This document shows, in pieces, positions 28,012-37,194 of a stretch of 64,000 bases of DNA. The notes beneath the pieces are model-generated. The model had not been told where the DNA came from. It made no database searches and worked only from the letters and a program-made list of their open reading frames with translations. A program made the position numbers and the translations under genes. Location: positions 52,265 through 116,264 of the forward strand of contig DAOUIY010000067.1 of assembly GCA_034423215.1 (NCBI GenBank), written 5' to 3'. How positions within the stretch are numbered: position 1 is the first letter of the stretch; every line of letters starts with the position of its first letter. This DNA is from Dehalococcoidia bacterium. Lineage in GTDB: Bacteria; Chloroflexota; Dehalococcoidia; Lucifugimonadales; UBA3495.

Positions 28012-29615
28012 GCAACCACCTCCTCCTGGGTCAGCACAATGTGCTTTTCCCACTCGGCCCGCGTTTCGGGAAAGTCCTCCCGGAAATGGGAACCCCGGCT
28101 CTCCTGCCGCAGCAAGGCAGACTCCACCACCAGGCGCGCCAGCAGCGCCATGTTGCTCAACTCCCACGACGCCCGGTCGGTTGGCGCAGGCATCATGCGC
28201 TGCCACACATTGAGGATTCGGGCGGTCAACAGCAGGCGCGACCCGTTGCGGTTTATGCCGGCATTGCGCCAGGTCAGGTCCTGGAGGTTTTCCAGTCCCG
28301 GCGAGGGCATGGTGGCGCAGACGGGCGCGCGTTCCGGCACACGCCTCAATATGAAGCCGCCGGCGCCGTCGGGGCTCTCGAAGCCATGAGAATGGTCGGA
28401 ACTTTCGCCGTGTTCCGGCGCATCCTCCGGCGCCCGGCCCAGGCTGCTATTGACCAGGCGGCGGGCAAAAACCAGCGTATCCAGCAGCGAGTTGCTGGCC
28501 AGGCGATTGGCCCCGTGGACGGCGGAACAGGCCGCCTCGCCGCAGCCGTAAAGGCCCTGGACATTGGTGCGGCCCCAGGTGTCTATCTTTATCCCCCCCA
28601 TCATGTAGTGGGCGGCGGGAGCGACCGGGGCCGGTTCCCGGGTTATGTCCAGGCCATAGTTGAGGCAGAAGTGATAGATAGTGGGAAAACGGCTCTGCAC
28701 CACGTTGCTGGGCAGGTGGGAAATATCCAGGTACGCGGTCTCCCCGTCGGCCCTTTCCATTTCGGACGCAATGGCCCTGGACACCACGTCCCTGGGCGCC
28801 AGGTCGCCCATGGGGTGGTATTCAGCCATGAAGGCCCGGCCGTTCCGGTCCCTGAGCACCGCTCCTTCGCCCCGCATGGCCTCCGACAAGAGAAAGGTGG
28901 GCGCTCCTTTCAGCCGCAGCGCGGTGGGATGAAACTGGTAAAACTCCATGTCCATCACCCGGGCGCCGGCCGCAAAGCCCAGGGCTACTCCATCGCCGGT
29001 AGCGACCTCCGGGTTGGTGGTGTATTTGTAGAGCTGGCCGGCCCCTCCCGTGCCAATGACTATGTGCCTGCCGCTGAAGGTCTCGGGTTTGCCGGTCTCC
29101 GAGTTGAGCGTCTCGACTGCCACAACCCGCCCCTGCTCCACCACCAGGCGGGTAGCCAGGGTGTATTCCAAGACCTTGATGTCAGACTCGGCAACCAGGG
29201 CCGCCAGGGCCAACTCTATGTGCTGGCCGGTGGCATCGCCCCCGGCGTGAAGAATGCGCGGGCGGCTGTGGGCCCCTTCCATGCCCAGGGAAATTTCGCC
29301 GTGCATGGTGTCGAAGGGCACTCCCCACTGAATCAGGTTGGCGACCCGCTGCGGCCCCTCCCTGGTCAGCACTTCCACGGCATCCCGGTCGCACAGTCCG
29401 GCCCCGGCCGACAGGGTGTCCTGCATGTGGAGGGTAGGCGTGTCGCCCGCGCCGATGGCGGCGGCAATGCCACCCTGGGCGTATCGCGTGTTGCAGTCGT
29501 CAACCCGGCCCTTGGTCAAAATCAGGGTCGAGCCGTGCTCGCGCGCCAGCAAGGCGGTATTCAGACCGGCTATGCCGCTCCCAATGATTATGTAGTCGTA
29601 ATCAACCTTTGGCAT
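28008..29615 (-). CDS. nadB: L-aspartate oxidase
   Basis: GSGIAGL, YAQGGIAA, EGAHSRPRILH, QFHPT, AAHYMMGG, HGANRLASNSLL, ESRGSH. Confidence 0.95.
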   Translation of the reverse strand: MPKVDYDYIIIGSGIAGLNTALLAREHGSTLILTKGRVDDCNTRYAQGGIAAAIGAGDTPTLHMQDTLSAGAGLCDRDAVEVLTREGPQRVANLIQWGVPFDTMHGEISLGMEGAHSRPRILHAGGDATGQHIELALAALVAESDIKVLEYTLATRLVVEQGRVVAVETLNSETGKPETFSGRHIVIGTGGAGQLYKYTTNPEVATGDGVALGFAAGARVMDMEFYQFHPTALRLKGAPTFLLSEAMRGEGAVLRDRNGRAFMAEYHPMGDLAPRDVVSRAIASEMERADGETAYLDISHLPSNVVQSRFPTIYHFCLNYGLDITREPAPVAPAAHYMMGGIKIDTWGRTNVQGLYGCGEAACSAVHGANRLASNSLLDTLVFARRLVNSSLGRAPEDAPEHGESSDHSHGFESPDGAGGFILRRVPERAPVCATMPSPGLENLQDLTWRNAGINRNGSRLLLTARILNVWQRMMPAPTDRASWELSNMALLARLVVESALLRQESRGSHFREDFPETRAEWEKHIVLTQEEVVA

Positions 29616-29981
29616 GTGTGTTATTTGACGGCGGACTGCCTTCCGCGGCTAAGGCAGGGCGGAAAAGAACAGCCCCGGCCAAGATTTCGCCATACTATAC
29701 TGCCCAGCTAGCCCGTTGCCAAGCTGTCCGGCGGGGCCAGCTCGGCTACGCACTTACGGGCTTTGCAGACTTTGGGGGTTAGAGGGTAGTGATTTCCCAA
29801 GGAAGTTGGTTCGCAGAGCGCCTGGTTCCCCGGGCGTTTTGTGGCATGGCGCCGGGGCTTCCCGCCAATACGCCCCCATTGCGCGGAACGGCGCGAAAAT
29901 TGCCGTGGCCAAAGCGAAGGGCCCGGTATTTGATACCGGGCCCTTGGGAAATTGACATTCTTTAGGACGCAGGAGGCCTCT

Positions 29982-30872
29982 TCAGTTTTCCTCCGTCCGG
30001 TCAAAGTCCTGGTTCAAGTCCCTGAGAAATTCCTCGATGTTGGCCGAAAGGGGCGGGGGCGGCGGTTCCTTCTCCCTGCGCTCCCTGTCGTAGTGCTCTT
30101 CCAGTTGCTGGAGCAGCGACGTGATGTCCTCACCTTCCCCGCTCACTATGTCGGCGACGGAGTCATACTGCTCACGACCCCGTTCCGGCTGTATCAGGCG
30201 CTCCGGCAGGTTGTAGAAGGAGCAGAGGATTTCCGTCAGGCGCGCCGTGCCCATCAGGTCCTCGTCCACCTGGAAATACTGGGGCAAATGTACTACGTAG
30301 GTACGGGTTTCCACGCCCTTGCGGGCGGCCTCCTGGGGTATCAGGTAGGTAATGGTGGTGGGGCCCTCGTAATCGCTGTTCTGCACGTCCACCCGCCGCT
30401 GTTCCTCCGCCAGTTCGCCGCCAACGCCGGAACCGGACACCAGCAGCGGCCTGGTGTGGGGCACCATGTCGTACATGGCGCCAACCAGGGAATAACGCTT
30501 TACGCCCAGCCGGTCCAGCAGATCAAGCATGGCATCGGTATAGTCCTCGCCGTACAGGTGCGGCTCCAGCAGGTGGGCCAGCAGCAAGTCCGGACCCTGT
30601 TCCCTCTCCGCATACCGGATTATGGTGTTGGGAATAGATACCTCGCGCCGTCCCTCGTTGAAATAGGACCGGGGCCGATAGCGGGTGAAGTCGTAGAACA
30701 GGCCGGGGCGGTGCAGCCTGCCCAGTTCCTTGGCTCGCAGGTGCCGCTCCAGCCGGTTAAGGCTGAGGCTGCCCACGCGTCCCACGTCAATCCAGGGGCG
30801 CAGCACGGCCAGAAAATGGGGGTCCTTCAGTTCAGGCAGGGGTTCGTTGAGTTCAAATTCACCAAATTTCAT
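29982..30872 (-). CDS. PAC2 family (proteasome assembly chaperone-like) protein
   Basis: WIDVG, FYDFTRYRP, LEPH, MYDMVPHTRP, SDYEGPTTI, VHLPQY. Confidence 0.85.
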   Translation of the reverse strand: MKFGEFELNEPLPELKDPHFLAVLRPWIDVGRVGSLSLNRLERHLRAKELGRLHRPGLFYDFTRYRPRSYFNEGRREVSIPNTIIRYAEREQGPDLLLAHLLEPHLYGEDYTDAMLDLLDRLGVKRYSLVGAMYDMVPHTRPLLVSGSGVGGELAEEQRRVDVQNSDYEGPTTITYLIPQEAARKGVETRTYVVHLPQYFQVDEDLMGTARLTEILCSFYNLPERLIQPERGREQYDSVADIVSGEGEDITSLLQQLEEHYDRERREKEPPPPPLSANIEEFLRDLNQDFDRTEEN

Positions 30873-31050
30873 GCCTATAGTGTGACAGCGACGGAACCCA
30901 TTTACAAGACCCGGCCCGGGGGCGCGCCCTCCCCCACAATAGGAGGCTCAAAGCGGCGTCGTTTCACCGCCGCAGATGTATTAATCGGAACGGTTGCTGA
31001 ATGGAAAAGGGAATGGGATACTGTAGCCCTTTACGAAAAGGAGTTACAGC

Positions 31051-32052
31051 ATGAAAGTAATAGACATTCACAGCCATATTGTGCCGCCCTGCTTCTGGGA
31101 AGCCAACGAGAGGGAAGGCAACTGGTACGGCGCAAGCCTGTTCCTGCGTGACGGCATCCGGTACATCAACGCCATGAACCGGGTGGCCGGGCCCATTGAC
31201 GAGAAGTGGGAGTTCACCCCGGAAGAGCGCATCGCCTTCATGGACGGGCAGGGTGTGGATGTTCACGTCCTGTCCGTGGCCCCCTATTTGACCAACTACC
31301 ACCTGGAGCCCAAGGAGGGCCTGGCCTCGGCCCGGGAACTGAACGACGGAATCGCCCAGGTGGCCCGGGCCCATCCCGACCGGTTCGTAGGTCTGGGCAC
31401 GGTGCCCATGCAGGATACCTCAGCCGCCATCGAAGAGCTGGAGCGAGTGATGCAGGACCTGGGCCTGGCGGGGGTGGAGCTTAACACCAACATGGAAGGC
31501 CGCAACTGGGACGAGGAACGGTTCCTGCCCTGGTTCCAGGCGGCGGAGCGGCTGGGAGCCTTCGTCTTTTTCCATCCCCACAATCCCGCCGGTTCCGACC
31601 GGGCCAGCCGCTACTACCTGTCCAACCTGATCAGCTTTCCCCTGGACACAACCATCGCCATCGCTTCCTTCATTTTTGGAGGGGTGCTGGACAAGTGCCC
31701 CGACCTGAAGCTGTGCTTTGCCCATGGCGGCGGTTACGCCTGCTTCGGCATCGGCCGGATGGACTTTGGCGCGGGGGTGCGGCCTGAGCCGAAGGTCAAC
31801 TCGATAAAGGGAATGCCCAGCGACTACCTGCAGCATCTTTACTACGACTCCATCACCCACAGCGAAGAGGCCCTGAAGTACCTGGTTGACCGGGTGGGCG
31901 CCGACCGGGTAATGCTGGGCGACGATTTCCCCTTTGATATGGGCCCCACCGACCCGGTGGGCTGGATCAACTCGCTGAAGTACCTGAACGACTTCGAAAA
32001 GCGCCGAATCCTGGGGGAAAACGCCCAGGGAGTACTGGGGGTTGAGGGGTAG
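31051..32052 (+). CDS. Amidohydrolase_2 family (ACMSD-like decarboxylase/hydrolase)
   Basis: IDIHSH, FFHP, AHGGG, LYYDSITH, LGDDFPFDMG. Confidence 0.88.
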   Translation: MKVIDIHSHIVPPCFWEANEREGNWYGASLFLRDGIRYINAMNRVAGPIDEKWEFTPEERIAFMDGQGVDVHVLSVAPYLTNYHLEPKEGLASARELNDGIAQVARAHPDRFVGLGTVPMQDTSAAIEELERVMQDLGLAGVELNTNMEGRNWDEERFLPWFQAAERLGAFVFFHPHNPAGSDRASRYYLSNLISFPLDTTIAIASFIFGGVLDKCPDLKLCFAHGGGYACFGIGRMDFGAGVRPEPKVNSIKGMPSDYLQHLYYDSITHSEEALKYLVDRVGADRVMLGDDFPFDMGPTDPVGWINSLKYLNDFEKRRILGENAQGVLGVEG

Positions 32053-32124
32053 ATTGGAACTATCAGCGGAAAACAAGATGGGCTGTTGGCCCATCAGCAT
32101 TGGAGTGATGATTAGCGAATTAGA

Positions 32125-32193
32125 CCGTCATTCCTGCGAAGGCAGGAATCTTAACTTCGGCCTGTCCAGGTTCCCGCCTTCGCGGGAACGACG
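32125..32193. repeat. REP/MITE-like element, family A
   Basis: Reverse complement of 58-127 with few substitutions. Confidence 0.8.
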
Positions 32194-32395
32194 AAATGGG
32201 ACACCAGGAGACTCTTACTTTCAATTTGACGACACCGCTGGTAGGCCTTCCTGCAAGGTAAAGGGCGACCAAGCTTTCACTTCATGGCCGCCCCCAAAGT
32301 TAGCCCCCGCTACGCAATAACCAACTCTGTAATCCATCGTAACATACTTCTCAAAATTATTGAGCAATGCAGAAGAGCATTGCCACTCTACTACA

Positions 32396-34615
32396 TCACT
32401 CCCCCGCCCGATATATGGACGTCTCGGGGTAGAAGGAATACCAGCCAAACCAGTAGGCATTGTGGCTGGGTATGCGCTCCGGGCGCAGGGTGGGGTCTTC
32501 CACGTTAACCAGGGCGGTCTCTTCCACCCTCCACAACCGGCCTTCGCTGTCGGTGAGAACCGTCGTGTCGGGGGCCTCGCCCTCCTCCAGGATAAACGTC
32601 CGCTCGCCCCGGTGGTAAGCCCTGCTGCCCAGGTGGCCTATCGTGACCATCACCAGCGGCTGCCCCCCCAGTTCGTCGTTGACCACCCGCTGCTTCCTGA
32701 GCGTTTCCAGCGGGTACGCCCTGGCCTCGCCGTTAATGCGCAGTCCTATCACCTGGCCCTTGGTGGTAAGGGCATCGCTTGACCGCCAGACGGGGAACAT
32801 GGTCTGGGGGCTCTCCCGGTAATTGAAGTAGATGGACCGGCTGTCCCACTCCGACTGGTAAAATTGGCCCGGATAAAGTCCGGTTTCCTGGTCCAGCACC
32901 GTGGTATCGGGATGGGCCGTTATCCATTCCTTCCAGGTTGTGGTCACCACCGGAAGCAACTCCAGCCGGGCGCCGGTTCCCACCAACGGACCCGCGGCAG
33001 GCACGCCCGTGAACTGGTTCCAGAGGGTGTGGGTCTTACGGTCGTACATCAGCTTGTTGCTGCGGTATAGCATCCCGGACGTGCCAAATTCTACCCTTTC
33101 CCCGTCGATGTTGGTGGAATACACGATTCCCGCTCCGCAGAGGGTTCAATATGCCAGCGCGAAGGGCACGCCGCCCACCACGTCGTTGGCCATTTCGTGG
33201 GCGTTTACAATGCGGTGGGGGTAGGCACGGTGCTCGCCGTTGAAGGATACGCCGAAGACCCGGTCCTCCGGGTCCAGGTAGTCGGCATCGGCCCCGGCAA
33301 TGACCGGGGCGTCGGTCAAGTCGGGAATCTGGTCCTTTCCCACACCGCCCCAGACTATTTCCTCAACCCGGATGTTGGCGGGCATGCCCTCGTAGAGGAA
33401 GGCGCCAGTTTCCACGTTGACCAACTCGGAAAAGAGGGTGCCCTTCCAACCGGTAAAACCTGGGGGAGGCCATACATCCGGGCGCTGGCCTATCCATACA
33501 ACCCAACGGAACCACTCATCCGGCTCCCGTTCCGCCTCAACCGCCGCTATGGAAGGATTCCGGGCGGCAATCCGGTCCAGCGAGTCAAAAATGGCTAACT
33601 CTACGGACCGGTCCCTGAGCCACCAGGGAAACCGCATCAACTCTACCAGTACGGGAATGAAGGCCGGGTCGCCCGTCTCCCCCATCTTCTCAATGTCCCA
33701 GGGGTCTCCCAGCAGCGCAGAGTCCAGGGCATCGTACATCAGCCTGTTTGCCGAGCTTCTTTCCGTACCGGGGTTGGGTCCGGGGACATGCCACCGGGAC
33801 AGGTTACGAGTTGCATCGGCGCAGGATACCAGCCTCAAGTCCCGGCGCAGGTGGGAAGGCCCGCCGGCCGGCTCACCCTCGCCGGGGGCTACAGTCAGGC
33901 ACACTTCTCGGTCCGCAGTGCGCAGTGAGCCGTCGGCGCCGTGAACAAACTGCTGGTTAGGGCTGTCGCTGCACGGACGGGTATATACCAACTCCCCCTC
34001 GGCCTCCATGCAGAGGTCGTGGGCGGCCATGTAAAGGCGCCCTGCAATGGGCGCGTTAACGGTGAAAAGTTCGTCATTGGCGCCCGGCTTGCAGGTGTGG
34101 GCCTGCAGGGGCCGGTCCACCCCCAGGTTGTTGCCAAACCCGGGAATGTCCACGCAGTAAAACTCGGGTTCGTCCAGCGGGTCAATAAGCTGGATGAGGG
34201 TTTCAACCACCTCGGGGGACTCTGTGGCAGGCTGGGGGTCAGGCGCACCGTTCTGTGCAGACTCAGGAGCAGCGTCTTGCGAAGTTGCGGACGCTGTTGA
34301 GGGTCCCGACTGACCGGCCTCGGAGGTTGAGTCCGTCGAGGGGCCAGGCGATGTGGCAGTGGAGCCGGAGTCCTTTGCAGCCACCCCGGCCTCGGCAAGG
34401 GCAATGGCCGCCGACCCGGAAGAGGACTCGTCCTGCCCACCTGCCGGGGCAACCGACACCGATGAACCGCTTTCGATTCCCGCGCTGCTGGTCGGCGTGG
34501 TGAGTTCCGTGCCATCTCTGCTGTCCGAATTTTCCGAGCCACAGGCAATCGGAAACGCCAGCAGCGTCAGCAAGGCCGCAACGGCCAAAAGAGTCCTGAA
34601 ATGGAGGCCTAGCAA
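32396..34615 (-). CDS. DUF3179-family lipoprotein with ricin-type lectin domain, predicted selenoprotein (Sec at in-frame TGA 33146-33148, residue 490 of 739)
   Basis: ORFs 33146..34615 and 32396..33124 are in the same frame, 7 codons apart. Join reads HEMANDVVGGVPFALAY-U-TLCGAG, the family YCxxC motif, then EFGTSGMLYRSNKLMYD and AYWFGW. Lipobox PIAC. Confidence 0.85.
33116..33130 (-). promoter_or_regulatory. Putative bacterial SECIS hairpin of the DUF3179 gene
   Basis: mRNA GGAAU-CGUGU-AUUCC at +16..+30 after UGA; possible outer pairing ACCCU(+1)/AGGGU(+49). Confidence 0.6.
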
Positions 34616-35790
34616 GGCCCCATCTCGGTCAACTTGCCTTCGCGCCAGGCCACCGCTCCGTTGCGGACCGTCAAAAAGGTGTCCAGCCGCACCTTGCCCT
34701 CTACCTTGTTTCGAGCCATGTCGTGCCAGACGAACCTCCCTTCCCGGAGGTCATAAACGGCGGCGTCGCCGGACATGCCCGGGGCGAGGGAACCCAGTTC
34801 ATTCTCCATACCCAGCACCTGGGCCGGGCGGGACGTGCTGGCCGCCACCGCGTCCTCAAGGGACATTCCCAGCGCATGGAACTTGCTTATCAGGTCATTC
34901 ATCAAGTAAACCCTACGACCGGGCGGCGGCAGGTGGATGTCCGTGCTGATGGTATCCGGCGGCAGGCCCTGCTGCATGGCCGCCCTGGCCACCTCAACGT
35001 CGCAGTGGACGCCGGCGTGTCCCAGGTCCATTATGACGCCCCGCTCCGAAGCAGCCCGCACCTCCGGGCGCAGCCGGTCCTGCCTGTCGAGGATGCCCTC
35101 ATGGTTGCCGTTGAAGGCATGGGTGGCAATGTCCCCGGGCCCCAGAAATTCCAGCACCTGGGGCAGGGGAATAGGCGTGCCGCTCACATGGACCATGAGT
35201 TTGCCGCCCGACTGGTCGGCGGCGGCGCGGGCCCGGCGCATGGCCTCCGGAGCGTCCCAGTAGGTCACCGCATTCAGCTCCATGCGGACTTTTACCCCGA
35301 ACAGGAACCCGGGGTTGTTCTTTACGGCGTCCGACGTCTGGTCCACGTCAATTATTCTCAGGTCCTGCAGGCCGCCGCCCAGCACTCGGTTGGCGGCCAG
35401 GCCCACCGAGCCAATGTGAAGGAAAGCCAGGAGACGGGTGCGGTGGGCCGGGAAGACATAGTCCCGCATGGCGCCCATGTTCAGGCAACCGGCGCTGCCC
35501 GCATCCACGCCGGTGGTAACGCCGGCGGAAAGGCAGTTCTGGTCGGCGTGGACGGCGCTGCCGGTGCCCCCATGATAAAAGTGGCCGTGCAGGTCAATAA
35601 GCCCCGGCGTTACCACCTTGCCGGCAATGTCCACCACGTTCAGGGCAGAGTCCGGCGATATGCGCTCGGCAACGGCGGCCACCCTTCCGCCCTGAAAGGC
35701 GACATCCCTGCGGTCATGTATGCCCTGGGCCGGGTCCAGCAGCGTTCCACCTTTTAGCAGCAGGTCATAACTGGCGGGCGCGGTGGTCAT
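34609..35790 (-). CDS. Amidohydrolase/deacetylase-family metallohydrolase (dihydroorotase-like)
   Basis: PGLIDLHGH, GVTTGVDAG, GVKVR, MVH, THAFNG, ISTDIH. Confidence 0.85.
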   Translation of the reverse strand: MTTAPASYDLLLKGGTLLDPAQGIHDRRDVAFQGGRVAAVAERISPDSALNVVDIAGKVVTPGLIDLHGHFYHGGTGSAVHADQNCLSAGVTTGVDAGSAGCLNMGAMRDYVFPAHRTRLLAFLHIGSVGLAANRVLGGGLQDLRIIDVDQTSDAVKNNPGFLFGVKVRMELNAVTYWDAPEAMRRARAAADQSGGKLMVHVSGTPIPLPQVLEFLGPGDIATHAFNGNHEGILDRQDRLRPEVRAASERGVIMDLGHAGVHCDVEVARAAMQQGLPPDTISTDIHLPPPGRRVYLMNDLISKFHALGMSLEDAVAASTSRPAQVLGMENELGSLAPGMSGDAAVYDLREGRFVWHDMARNKVEGKVRLDTFLTVRNGAVAWREGKLTEMGPC

Positions 35791-35973
35791 TCTCTCCTCC
35801 TCAACGTCAACAGGAAGGTCAACGGGAAAGCGGTCTTGCTGGCAGAAGCACCTGGAAATCCGGTTGAGGAAATTCGGTTGTCGCCACTCGGCCCCGGTAA
35901 TTCCTGTTTGGGAGTTCTGCTTTCAGGAACGGTTTTGGGTACTATTTGGAGGTGCTATTCGGGGGTACGGCTT

Positions 35974-36417
35974 CTACTCTTCCTCCGGGTCGCTGAACTG
36001 CATCCGGCGAAGCCTGGGATAAACCCGCTCCCTGGGGTTCAGAAAGTCTGCGTCGGATATTTCCGCCGACTCGACCAGCGGCCGGGCCTGCCACTTCTCC
36101 ACGGCCTGCTGCACCAGGCGGTTGACTATCTGGGGCGAGCGGCCCTCCAGCCGTCCCACCTGGTAGGCCAGCGTCACCGCCAGTTGGGCGCCGGTAATCA
36201 ATTCGAAAGCCGCCGGGTTGGACGGATCTTCAGGCATGGCGCCGCACTGGTCCAGGAAGTCGTCCAGCACCTGGCCCATGATGTCGGTGAGGCCGCCCAG
36301 TTCAATTTCCGTCATGTACTGGGTCAGTTGGTCGGTCAGGTCCTCAACCCCGTCGGCAGGGAGCACCAGCCCCTGTACCTCCGGTTCCTCGCCATTGGAT
36401 TGGTGGTCGGTAGCCAT
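35974..36417 (-). CDS. Hypothetical acidic alpha-helical protein
   Basis: 147 aa from ATG 36417; protein-like composition; divergent from ybeY. Confidence 0.55.
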   Translation of the reverse strand: MATDHQSNGEEPEVQGLVLPADGVEDLTDQLTQYMTEIELGGLTDIMGQVLDDFLDQCGAMPEDPSNPAAFELITGAQLAVTLAYQVGRLEGRSPQIVNRLVQQAVEKWQARPLVESAEISDADFLNPRERVYPRLRRMQFSDPEEE

Positions 36418-36588
36418 GCGCGCGCTCCGTTTACGGGCGCTCCATACCCGGCCCGGTTTGGCGGTAATTGTAGCACGTTGCCGGGGCAACTTTGACCTTG
36501 ACGCCCGGTTTTGACCTCGTGCTAGTATGAACTCTCACTTCAAACCCTTTCCGGCGACCATAGCCTGACGGCAGGAGTTGGCCCACCC

Positions 36589-37194
36589 TTGATTTCTCAC
36601 GCAGAACGGCAAGTCCTGGTTACCGTTGCCGACGAATTTCGCCGGGAAGTCTCCGAGGCATGGCTGGAAGGGGTAACCCAGGCCGCCCTGGCCGTGGCCC
36701 TGGCGGCGGACGAACCGGGCCAGGTGAGCCTGCTGGTCACTGATGACGCTACAATTAAAGAACTGAACCGCTCCTACCGGGGCCTGGACGAGATTACCGA
36801 CGTGCTATCCTTTTCCGCCGTTCACCAGGGGCACTGGCAGGGAGAAATTGCCGACCCATACAATCCCGAACCCGAACCCGAACCCGAACCCGAAACCGGT
36901 CTCGCTCTCGACCCTGTGCTGGGCGCGGGAGAGGGGGAAACGTGGCCCGACTTTGTCCTGCCGCCCGGCGAGCTTCCGCCCCTGGGTGAGGTAATTATCT
37001 CCTACCCCCAGACCTGCCGGCAGGTGGAGGGCCTGGAACGTACGGCCGCCGAAGAACTGGCCCTGCTGGTGGTCCACGGCATCCTTCACCTGGTGGGCCA
37101 CGACCATGCCGAACCCGATGAAACCGCCCGGATGCAGGCCCTGGAAAGGGCGGCGCTGGAGCGGTTCTTCGGCGACGGGGAGGATGAGACATGA
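36589..37194 (+). CDS. ybeY: rRNA maturation endoribonuclease YbeY
   Basis: LNRSYRG, TDVLSF, LGEVIIS, HGILHLVGHDH. Confidence 0.95.
   Translation: MISHAERQVLVTVADEFRREVSEAWLEGVTQAALAVALAADEPGQVSLLVTDDATIKELNRSYRGLDEITDVLSFSAVHQGHWQGEIADPYNPEPEPEPEPETGLALDPVLGAGEGETWPDFVLPPGELPPLGEVIISYPQTCRQVEGLERTAAEELALLVVHGILHLVGHDHAEPDETARMQALERAALERFFGDGEDET
36865..36894 (+). repeat. (CCCGAA)5 in-frame microsatellite in ybeY
   Basis: Encodes PEPEPEPEPE. Confidence 0.9.

Noticed and set aside
27157-32052. Functional link between nadBC and the ACMSD-like amidohydrolase (quinolinate branch)
   Set aside because: Opposite orientation, intervening PAC2 gene, and this family is highly paralogous in such genomes
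32396-33124. Separate 242-aa gene from the ORF track
   Set aside because: It is the C-terminal part of the DUF3179 reading frame
33146-33148. Nonsense-mutation pseudogene explanation for DUF3179 (and OsmC at 8382)
   Set aside because: Both TGAs fall on catalytic Cys columns, share a downstream hairpin, and the genes show no other decay; not formally excluded without the sel genes
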